Source: Lingula anatina
Taxonomy: Eukaryota; Animalia; Brachiopoda
Assembly (NCBI GenBank): GCA_051362555.1
Contig: CM120649.1
Location: 3,472,001 to 3,536,000 of the forward strand
Direction of reading: 5' to 3'
Length of the DNA: 64,000 nt
In this document: positions 23,701 through 35,700 of the stretch, one piece after another
Layout: each line of letters starts with the position of its first letter
Position numbering within the stretch: position 1 is the first letter of the stretch
Made by a program: the position numbers and the translations under genes
The notes under the pieces: model-generated
The model's database searches: none
Seen by the model: only the letters and a program-made list of their open reading frames with translations
Told to the model about the DNA's origin: nothing

Positions 23701-26700
23701 TGAGGCTCATTGTCGTACATACATGTATATCAACGAAAACGTTATGTCTGTCAATACATTAAAATGCTATTATGAGTTTTGATTTTAGTATATTATCCTT
23801 AAATGTCCGGGGGCTAAATAATTTTAAGAAAAGAAAGGGAGTATTTAGGTGGTTACATAAAAGGCCTGAAAATGTTTTCCTCCTACAAGAAACCTACAGC
23901 TCGCAGAAAGTCGAAAAATTATGGCGCGCTCAGTGGGGTGGAAAGGTTTGGTATAATCATGGTACTGGGCATAGCAAAGGGGTGATGATTTTATTTAAAA
24001 ATAACATAGAATATGACATTATAGACACAGTTACAGACCCGGATGGTCGTCTTTTAGGCGTGAAAATTAAAATTGGTACGAGCACTTTTCTTATGTGAAA
24101 TATATATGCCCCAAATCAAATAAATGAACAAGTTGAATTTTATAGATTTCTCTATAAAGCACTAGCTAAATATGAATCTGATTATGTAATTATAGGGGGT
24201 GACTTCAACTGCACATTGTCCAAGCTAGATAAACATGGTGGACTGTCCACACACATTAAAGATAAAGTTATACATGAAATACAAACTATTATGGAAAAAT
24301 ATCATTTAAATGACACATGGAGAAAGTTCCATGGTGCAGAAAGAAGATACACATGGAAAAACTCCGAATCAAACATCTCCTGCAGACTAGACTACTGGAT
24401 AACATCTAACGAACTTATAGAAAATTGTTTTATAGAAAAGGCGGAGATATTGTACGCACCTTACACTGATCATGATGCAATATCTTTGTTTTTAAAGACA
24501 AAAGATGTGACAGTTAGAGGGCGAGGGTTTTGGAAACACAATAATACTCTACTAGGAGACGAAAGATATATTAACGAAATGAAAACTGTAATTAATGAAG
24601 CAAAAAACAGATACAATTACTTAGAGGACCGTGGTTTAGCATTTGATATGATAACAATGGAAATACGGCAGTTTTCAATAAAATTTTCAAAGCAAAAATC
24701 TAAACAACATAGAGAAAATGAAAGAGACATTTGGAAAAAAATCAACGTGCTACAAGCCGAGATAGACAATCAATTTAATAAAGAAAAAGCTAAAGAATTA
24801 GAAAAACTTAAGACTGAACATGATTTAATCTTAGAAGCTAAAACTGAAGGTGCAATAATGCGTAGTAAAGTGAGATGGTACGAAAAGGGCGAACGCAATA
24901 CAAATTACTTTATCAACTTGGAAAAACGGAATCGAGTCAGAAATACAATAACAAAACTAGAAATTAATGATACACTAACAGTAACTAACGATAAAGATAT
25001 TCTACAAGAACAGGGAAAGTTTTACGAAAATTTGTACACCTCACAGAACACTACCATTAACGAGAGAATCTCAAACAAATTTTTCAATGTACAAAATATA
25101 CCCCAAATTCCAAACGACCTAAAAATCGCATGTGAAGGAAAGCTAACCATCAACGAGTGCAAAAACGCACTCAAAGAACTTACAAAAAAGAAGAAGAAAA
25201 CCCCGGGTGTTGATGGGCTCTCCGCAGAATTTTACATGAAATTCTGGGAAGAATTAGGAGAGGAAATTGCAGACTGTTTAAATTTTGCTTTTGAAACTGG
25301 TCAGTTAAATATTAGCCAACGACAGGGCATAATAACACTAATTCCCAAAAAAGACAAGGATAGACACCGTTTGGAAAACTGGCGACCTATTTCTTTGCTA
25401 AGCGTAAGCTACAAAATAGCCGCAAAGGCACTTGCAAAACGAATGGAAACGACTTTACCAACCATTATCAACAAAAACCAAACCGGGTACGTTAAAAAAA
25501 GATATATCGGTGAAAATATAAGACTCATCTGGGATCTTATGTACTCAACAAAAAGGCAAAATAAAGAAGGGATGGCGATTTTCTTAGATTTTAAAAAAGC
25601 GTTCGATTGCATTGAATGGGAATTTATAAAAAAATGCCTGAAAATATTTAACTTTGGCCCTGACTTCATTCAGTGGTTTGACATTATGTACGCCAATGCT
25701 TTCAGTTGTATTACAAACAACGGATATTCCTCGCGATTCTTTTCAATTACAAGAGGTGTAAGACAAGGGTGCCCACTGTCCGGCCCTCTATTCGTGCTGG
25801 CCGTAGAAATACTAGCCTGCGCAATACGCGCAGATCCATCCATACGGGGAATCACTATTGATCGTCATGAACACAAATTATGCCAATATGCCGACGATAC
25901 AACGCTATTTCTAAATGATGTTAGGTCCGCTAAAAACGCATTGAAATTAATATCTGAATTCAAACAAAGTTCTGGTTTAGAACTAAACTTGAGCAAGTCC
26001 GAAGCCCTGTGGCTTGGAAGTAATAGATTCAACAACGAAAAGCCCCTCGGGTTGCTATGGCCAGATAGACCAATAAAAGCTCTCGGAATTCATTTCTCTT
26101 ATGATTACGAAAGCTGTAGGTTTCTAGACTTCGATGGTAAAGTTGATCAAATTGAAAGCTGCTTAACCTTTGGTCCAGCAGAGACCTCACATGGATTGGA
26201 AAGATACAAATACTAAAAACATTGGGTCTGGCTAAACTGGTTTATGCTAATACAGTTCTTGAGACCCCAAATGATATTATTTTGAGGATAGATGCTTTAT
26301 TCAAAAAATTTCTATGGAATGATAAAAAACCAAATTTAAAGCAGAATACATTAATAGCCCCAAAGAGTAAAGGTGGTTTAAATTTGACGCATGTGCCATC
26401 GCACGTGCGGTCTCTGAAGGCCTCAATGGTTAAGCGCATAATGTTAGCTGACAACGATGATCCGTGGGTAATAAACATACTGAAATATTTAAGAAGTGTG
26501 GGAGGAAAACTCATTTTCAGTTGTAATTATGAACTTAAGAATATTAACATTTCGGACATGCCACCTTTTACGTAGCCATGCTAGATGCATGGAGTGATTT
26601 AATACAAACAGACCCTAATAATGCCTCCGATATAAAGAAACAGATAATATGGAATAATAGATTCATACTTGTAAACAAAAAGTCAATATATCTAAGGCAT

Positions 26701-29700
26701 TGGTCAAAAGCCGGAGTTAATTATATTCAAGATATCATAAATATTAATGGTGAATTTATATCATTAGAAGAAATAATAAATCAACACAACTTCGATATTA
26801 AGCTACCGAATTTTCTAGAATACGAAAAAGTAAAAAAATCAATTCCGATATTATGGTTACGTAAACTTCGGGAAAATGCAGAATCAGTTGACAACACAGA
26901 CTCAGATGAGATAGTATGGACTCTTGCCTCTACAAAAAACATTTACGATAAGCTAATAGAAAGAAATGTAATAAATTTACCCACAGCAAGTTTGCATCTT
27001 ATCAAATCAGGCATAAGTGAAAATGATTGGCAGAGAGTTTTCTTGATACCATTTGAGTCTGTCAAAGAAACTCAACTACAAGTAATGCAATACAGAATAA
27101 TTCACAATGTGCTGTACACAAATTCTACACTGTTCAAAATGAAAATAGTTACTAGCCCAGGATGTACTAACTGCCATATGAAAGAAACAATAATACATCG
27201 TTTTGTGGAATGTGTACGTGCAAGAAATTTTTGGATTGTATTTGAAAACTGTTGGAACATTCCGAATAATACCATACACTTCAGAAAAAATGAAAAAACT
27301 ATAATGTACGGGTGTCTGTCAAGCGACCAGCGCGTAAAAGCTTTAAATTTCTGTATTATTGTGGCTAAACAATTCATAAACAAAAATTCAGAAAATCCAT
27401 CAGTCTATGATTTTGAACTGTTTCTGCATTTTCTTAGCCAGAAGAAGAAAATAGAAAAATACATTGCTATAAAGACAGGAAAAGAAGATAGGTTTAATAC
27501 AAAATGGAAACGCATTCCTACCATAACGTGTTAAAATTTTCACCTCTAGTACGCTATAGTTGCCGTTATGTAGTTCACAACAAGCATGTATACGTGTAGT
27601 ATGTATGGATGGATGAGTGAGTGAAAGTATGTCTATATATTTATGTTCTTTTTTATTTTTCAGTATTTAATTACCGTAATTGCCATCAGTATTATATGCA
27701 TTTAATCTTTGATTATCTGTCTAAACATTTCATTAAATATGTTATAGTTGCCGATATGTAGCTCACGCGTAGTATGCATGGATGGATGAGTGAGTGAGAG
27801 TATTTCTATATATTTACGCTCTTTTTATTTATCTATTAGTATTTAATTACCGTAATTATCATCAGCTTTGTTTTACATGCATTCAATCTTTGATTATCTG
27901 TTTAAATATTTCATTATATATGTATATTTTCTTTTTTTTTTTTCTTTGAGTGAATAAACGCATTAAAAAAAATAAATAAAAAAAATAAAAAAAGGACAGT
28001 TATAGCTGTTATTCTGATATCTGAGCTTGTCTTTAAACCAAGTGACCTCCATTGATAGCTATACTTAAGAGATTATAACAAAAAGACTTTTTAGAAAAAT
28101 AAAAACATGGGCTAACTTTGAATGTAAAAATGGATTCATTAACCATTGGTAATTATGGGGAAATCGTTGTTTACTCCAGTATTTTTTTTCCAAAACGAAG
28201 AGTTATTATCCCTTTAATTAAAATATTAAATCAATATGTTTGAAAAAGATAAGTTGTGGTTCTTTTAGGAGGTGTCAATAAAGTTCGGATGAATAACTAA
28301 AATAGTCCCATTTACACCCAATTATGAAAAGGATAAATAATGGTATTATCATACTAATGTTGATGCTCTGTTGTACTGTTATTCTTAACGCAATGGCCAT
28401 TGAATAAAACGTGTTGAATAAATCAGTTTCTTTGGTTTTAGTTCGGCTTGAAGCCCAGTGATCTTGCACAGGAAGCTGGTTATGATGTTCTATGCTTGCT
28501 GTTAAGGAAATTTGAAAGTGATCAAATCCGGGTAGGCTAACGCACAGCATACAATTAAGTATATAACATTAAATATAATAATGGTTATGTAACATCATTA
28601 AATCGACACATATCGTAAATTAATATTTGTATTTGTCTTGCTAACCATTTGAATTGGTAGGTTCGTTTGGGCGTTTAATACTGCATGTGTAACCATACGA
28701 CCTACATGTAACCGCCTTGACTGCCATCCAACGGGTCTAAAACCTCACTGGCTTAGAACATTTCTGTAATATGGATGATATTACAAGGCTTTATTTCTAA
28801 TATCAATCCAATTTTTTGTCTTATCATCTAGTGAGGGCACACCTAGTCAATCCCATTTATATCCCGCTAAAATAATTATGCTTCCTTCAGATTGATCCGG
28901 TTCCTTTTAATTGTGATATATGTATTAAGAAATAAAGTCATTATCCACGGTCCGAGGTTGTGTATTCTGGGAAGAATTAGGAGAGGAAATTGCAGACTGT
29001 TTAAATTTTGCTTTTGAAACTGGTCAGTTAAATATTAGCCAACGACAGGGCATAATAACACTAATTCCCAAAAAAGACAAGGATAGACACCGTTTGGAAA
29101 ACTGGCGACCTATTTCTTTGCTAAGCGTAAGCTACAAAATAGCCGCAAAGGCACTTGCAAAACGAATGGAAACGACTTTACCAACCATTATCAACAAAAA
29201 CCAAACCGGGTACGTTAAAAAAAGATATATCGGTGAAAATATAAGACTCATCTGGGATCTTATGTACTCAACAAAAAGGCAAAATAAAGAAGGGATGGCG
29301 ATTTTCTTAGATTTTAAAAAAGCGTTCGATTGCATTGAATGGGAATTTATAAAAAAATGCCTGAAAATATTTAACTTTGGCCCTGACTTCATTCAGTGGT
29401 TTGACATTATGTACGCCAATGCTTTCAGTTGTATTACAAACAACGGATATTCCTCGCGATTCTTTTCAATTACAAGAGGTGTAAGACAAGGGTGCCCACT
29501 GTCCGGCCCTCTATTCGTGCTGGCCGTAGAAATACTAGCCTGCGCAATACGCGCAGATCCATCCATACGGGGAATCACTATTGATCGTCATGAACACAAA
29601 TTATGCCAATATGCCGACGATACAACGCTATTTCTAAATGATGTTAGGTCCGCTAAAAACGCATTGAAATTAATATCTGAATTCAAACAAAGTTCTGGTT

Positions 29701-32700
29701 TAGAACTAAACTTGAGCAAGTCCGAAGCCCTGTGGCTTGGAAGTAATAGATTCAACAACGAAAAGCCCCTCGGGTTGCTATGGCCAGATAGACCAATAAA
29801 AGCTCTCGGAATTCATTTCTCTTATGATTACGAAAGCTGTAGGTTTCTAGACTTCGATGGTAAAGTTGATCAAATTGAAAGCTGCTTAACCTTTGGTCCA
29901 GCAGAGACCTCACATGGATTGGAAAGATACAAATACTAAAAACATTGGGTCTGGCTAAACTGGTTTATGCTAATACAGTTCTTGAGACCCCAAATGATAT
30001 TATTTTGAGGATAGATGCTTTATTCAAAAAATTTCTATGGAATGATAAAAAACCAAATTTAAAGCAGAATACATTAATAGCCCCAAAGAGTAAAGGTGGT
30101 TTAAATTTGACGCATGTGCCATCGCACGTGCGGTCTCTGAAGGCCTCAATGGTTAAGCGCATAATGTTAGCTGACAACGATGATCCGTGGGTAATAAACA
30201 TACTGAAATATTTAAGAAGTGTGGGAGGAAAACTCATTTTCAGTTGTAATTATGAACTTAAGAATATTAACATTTCGGACATGCCACCTTTTACGTAGCC
30301 ATGCTAGATGCATGGAGTGATTTAATACAAACAGACCCTAATAATGCCTCCGATATAAAGAAACAGATAATATGGAATAATAGATTCATACTTGTAAACA
30401 AAAAGTCAATATATCTAAGGCATTGGTCAAAAGCCGGAGTTAATTATATTCAAGATATCATAAATATTAATGGTGAATTTATATCATTAGAAGAAATAAT
30501 AAATCAACACAACTTCGATATTAAGCTACCGAATTTTCTAGAATACGAAAAAGTAAAAAAATCAATTCCGATATTATGGTTACGTAAACTTCGGGAAAAT
30601 GCAGAATCAGTTGACAACACAGACTCAGATGAGATAGTATGGACTCTTGCCTCTACAAAAAACATTTACGATAAGCTAATAGAAAGAAATGTAATAAATT
30701 TACCCACAGCAAGTTTGCATCTTATCAAATCAGGCATAAGTGAAAATGATTGGCAGAGAGTTTTCTTGATACCATTTGAGTCTGTCAAAGAAACTCAACT
30801 ACAAGTAATGCAATACAGAATAATTCACAATGTGCTGTACACAAATTCTACACTGTTCAAAATGAAAATAGTTACTAGCCCAGGATGTACTAACTGCCAT
30901 ATGAAAGAAACAATAATACATCGTTTTGTGGAATGTGTACGTGCAAGAAATTTTTGGATTGTATTTGAAAACTGTTGGAACATTCCGAATAATACCATAC
31001 ACTTCAGAAAAAATGAAAAAACTATAATGTACGGGTGTCTGTCAAGCGACCAGCGCGTAAAAGCTTTAAATTTCTGTATTATTGTGGCTAAACAATTCAT
31101 AAACAAAAATTCAGAAAATCCATCAGTCTATGATTTTGAACTGTTTCTGCATTTTCTTAGCCAGAAGAAGAAAATAGAAAAATACATTGCTATAAAGACA
31201 GGAAAAGAAGATAGGTTTAATACAAAATGGAAACGCATTCCTACCATAACGTGTTAAAATTTTCACCTCTAGTACGCTATAGTTGCCGTTATGTAGTTCA
31301 CAACAAGCATGTATACGTGTAGTATGTATGGATGGATGAGTGAGTGAAAGTATGTCTATATATTTATGTTCTTTTTTATTTTTCAGTATTTAATTACCGT
31401 AATTGCCATCAGTATTATATGCATTTAATCTTTGATTATCTGTCTAAACATTTCATTAAATATGTTATAGTTGCCGATATGTAGCTCACGCGTAGTATGC
31501 ATGGATGGATGAGTGAGTGAGAGTATTTCTATATATTTACGCTCTTTTTATTTATCTATTAGTATTTAATTACCGTAATTATCATCAGCTTTGTTTTACA
31601 TGCATTCAATCTTTGATTATCTGTTTAAATATTTCATTATATATGTATATTTTCTTTTTTTTTTTCTTTGAGTGAATAAACGCATTAAAAAAAATAAATA
31701 AAAAAAATAAAAAAAGGACAGTTATAGCTGTTATTCTGATATCTGAGCTTGTCTTTAAACCAAGTGACCTCCATTGATAGCTATACTTAAGAGATTATAA
31801 CAAAAAGACTTTTTAGAAAAATAAAAACATGGGCTAACTTTGAATGTAAAAATGGATTCATTAACCATTGGTAATTATGGGGAAATCGTTGTTTACTCCA
31901 GTATTTTTTTTCCAAAACGAAGAGTTATTATCCCTTTAATTAAAATATTAAATCAATATGTTTGAAAAAGATAAGTTGTGGTTCTTTTAGGAGGTGTCAA
32001 TAAAGTTCGGATGAATAACTAAAATAGTCCCATTTACACCCAATTATGAAAAGGATAAATAATGGTATTATCATACTAATGTTGATGCTCTGTTGTACTG
32101 TTATTCTTAACGCAATGGCCATTGAATAAAACGTGTTGAATAAATCAGTTTCTTTGGTTTTAGTTCGGCTTGAAGCCCAGTGATCTTGCACAGGAAGCTG
32201 GTTATGATGTTCTATGCTTGCTGTTAAGGAAATTTGAAAGTGATCAAATCCGGGTAGGCTAACGCACAGCATACAATTAAGTATATAACATTAAATATAA
32301 TAATGGTTATGTAACATCATTAAATCGACACATATCGTAAATTAATATTTGTATTTGTCTTGCTAACCATTTGAATTGGTAGGTTCGTTTGGGCGTTTAA
32401 TACTGCATGTGTAACCATACGACCTACATGTAACCGCCTTGACTGCCATCCAACGGGTCTAAAACCTCACTGGCTTAGAACATTTCTGTAATATGGATGA
32501 TATTACAAGGCTTTATTTCTAATATCAATCCAATTTTTTGTCTTATCATCTAGTGAGGGCACACCTAGTCAATCCCATTTATATCCCGCTAAAATAATTA
32601 TGCTTCCTTCAGATTGATCCGGTTCCTTTTAATTGTGATATATGTATTAAGAAATAAAGTCATTATCCACGGTCCGAGGTTGTGTATTCCGAGGCATTTT

Positions 32701-35700
32701 TCAAGACATTAATAAAAAAACAATTCAAAGAAATAAATAAGCAAATGTTTGACGTTTATAAGACAAAAATTATGCAACATTTTGTTTTTTCAGAAATTCA
32801 TGATAACTAGGACGTTGGAGCATGTCTCTGCCGAGATGAGCCTTGATGACTTTTTTCTGCCCACCGATAGGATTATTAATATTTTTCCTGTTGAAGTTCA
32901 AAAGCAAAAAATGCAGCGGTTGAAAAAATGGGCACATTCAAAAAAATTCAAAACTATTCAAGGAATAAAAGCTGGACTTACAGCTCAAGGACGAGAGAAG
33001 CTTTGTGGTGAGTTTACTCTGAATAAATACAAATTATGTATGAATAACTTTGCGACTTTGTCTTCTTTTTTGTTTGTTCTGTGAATCTTATTTCAATGTT
33101 TTGAACGGTATTTCAGCAATTATTTATATATTCAAACACCGACTGTGCTTATTTCGATACTCCGTTACGCTGGCATGTTTATGGTCATCAGAGTAATATT
33201 GTACCTAAAGAAAAGTTTAGTTTATATATAACTAGTTCTTTTTCTTCCGCCAACTACATATTTATCTTGTTAATTTTTGACAGTAAAAGCGCTGTTGGTG
33301 GACGTGGGGTTCTTCATTATAATGACTCGACATGTAAACGCAATAAAAACTTCCAATTATATTTCAGTTATTGCTGCAGAACGTTATGCTAACGTTGCCA
33401 AGGTGATCACAGATATGTCTTGGAAACGATACGAAAGTCTCCGTGAAGATCTTTCAACAGCCCAGTTTATGTTCCAAGAGCTTCCAATACCTGCGTTAGA
33501 AGCACAGAGCCAGGAAATCAGGTATGCTATAAACCATACTTAGCATTTAATATGTTCCACATTTCTACAGCAGAGAAGAATTTTGGCGTATGTGATATAC
33601 ATCTCTCACATCTGAGAGTAAGTAAGTCTTCATGAAATATTTATAGCGGGTAAGTTCATATCTTACAAGCGAATACTGAAGTAAAAAAAACTGGCCAACC
33701 TCAGCTGTGACACTTATTATTTCATTAAAACTTATTTTATTACCCTAGCATGGAGCATGAATCCTTCCAATATGATGCGTTCCTGATTCACAGCGGTGAG
33801 GATAAACCTAAAGTCGAAGAAGTTTTGGAGCTGCTCGAGTCACGTGATATCCGTTGTTGTTATGCACCACGTGATTTCCTACCCGGAAGAAGCATATTAT
33901 CTTGCATAGAAGACGCCGTGGAATTGTCCAGGTGTACTGTAGTCATGGTGTCTGAGAACTTTATGAAAAGCACGTGGTGCCAGCATGAACGAGATGTGGC
34001 CGAGGTCAAGGCAAAAGACACGGAAGGTTATTCGGTGATCCCTGTTCTTTTGGGCTTCAAACCGTCAGATCTGCCAAGTGCTTACAAAGTCAAAAAGTTT
34101 ATCCTTGCTGATAGCCAAGATTTTATTCCCACATTGGTCAAAGCTATTGAAGGTATTTTTCTCTCTAGAAGTCTTTATCTCATGGGTTTTATTTCCCTAC
34201 ATTATTAATTGAAACAGCAACTAAACAAATCAAACTTTGTTAACGCTAAAATGCTGCAATGCTTCTATTGAGGGGCCTCTTGTACTAGAAATGCACCATG
34301 TTCCATAATTTACCACCTGACTATCATTCTAATAACGATGCGCGCGTTATACGTCACAGGTCTTGCATAACTACCCACGTGCTACGATTTTTCCCTTGGG
34401 GGGGCAACAAGCGGCCATTTTGTACAGGAGCAATGCATAGATGGGTGAAAACGATACGTTGTTTTTAACCGAAAACGATGTCCCCGGGATGAAACTGCCA
34501 ACACCAAAAGTAAAGGAGAATACCAACGTTGTTTTGAAACGATGTGGTTAGCCTGTCAGTGGCGAGTTGGGGAGAAAAGAGCAGCACTGATTGCAAGGTA
34601 CTGTTTACACGTGAACCGGCAAAGTTAATGATAATTTCATGTTGCAAAAGCAAAATTAAATCAGTTAGTTATTTTCCAAACGATATTATTTGAATAGCAG
34701 ATACATAGATCAAACTAACAACAATAAAATTTTTGATGACATTGATTGAAACCTGCGGTGCACGATAGGTTGAGGAGGACACTGCCACAGCAAGTAATGC
34801 ATGAATTTTGTTACATAACACCGTATGCTTGTGTCATTGTTAACTCTGCGGTATTATTACTCAATTTACTGCTTAAATTAATACCTGATACTATTTCTCA
34901 GGCTACCAAGTACAAATCACCTTATTTTGTGGCAGTTGACCTCCATGTTCCATCTTGTGTGCAGGTTGTTTATTATTATTTTCATTATTATTATTATTAT
35001 TTGTTCAAGCCCATTTTGATAAAGTGGCTATGCTTTAACAAGAGAAATTTATGCTAAGTTTAAAAGATTAAATCATCAGTAGTATATACAATTAAAGCTA
35101 TTTGATTATGCATTATTTGATTTTCAATTATCTTGATTATGATATGAGGTTTCTGCCTTTTTCTCTTGCCCTCAAATCAATATCTAACAAGTAAATTGAT
35201 AGTGCTTTATTACAATTTTTGCTTTATACTTTCAGATGTAAAAACTGTGTAGCAGTTGGTAAAGCTGTAGAGATTGATGTGAGCATAGATCAGGGGAAAT
35301 GGTATTAGAGAAACCAGGAGGACAAGACATAGATAATGTACTAGTAGATCCATCATCACAGCAAGGATAGATGGTGTGATCTTGTCCCTGAAGCTGTGCC
35401 TCAAGTTTTCAACAGGTTGAGTCCTTACTAAGACAAGCTGCTGCGGTGTGAATTGCAATATGTACATTCAGGTTATACGTGGCAGATTTATGACAAAAGA
35501 GACCTTCACAATATACTTCAAAGGAGTTATTCTTGCATCTATGCCTCATCAAAAGTACACAGTTACAGTGACTAGAACATTGTTTGCAAATAGTGAAGCA
35601 GTGGAGGCTGCAAAGTGCCATTGTTTTTCAGTATTAAGAATGACAGTATCTGTTTTTTTATTTATTTTTATTTTTCATTTTTAATGGGAAGGAGACTCAT

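Larger units (their letters stand above)
22359..27988 (+). mobile_element. Full-length L1/Tx1-type non-LTR retrotransposon
   Basis: Target duplication aaaaaggacagttat at 22344-22358 and 27989-28003; 5' end ggggaaaggagacaagatggcg; ORF1 and ORF2; AATAAA at 27953 followed by an A-rich tail. Confidence 0.95.
21968..28213. mobile_element. Kolobok-like MITE split by the LINE insertion
   Basis: tcaa|aggggtaataactcttcgt ... acgaagagttattatccct|ttaa. Confidence 0.75.

Noticed and set aside
22359-31257. Reverse transcriptase beside hypervariable repeats as a diversity-generating retroelement or retron
   Set aside because: The RT is an ordinary APE-RT LINE ORF2 with a target duplication and poly(A) tail. 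Variation is not adenine-specific, there is no template repeat, and the equivalent intron of gene A lacks the element.
28964-31710. Independent 5'-truncated LINE insertion
   Set aside because: The downstream flank, MITE end and host exon are duplicated with it and it has no target duplication of its own; it is a segmental tandem duplicate.
33750-34208. Calling gene B MyD88 or a Toll-like receptor
   Set aside because: There is no LRR or TM segment, and the ankyrin array and C-terminal coiled coil are not MyD88 features; orthology cannot be shown without a phylogeny.
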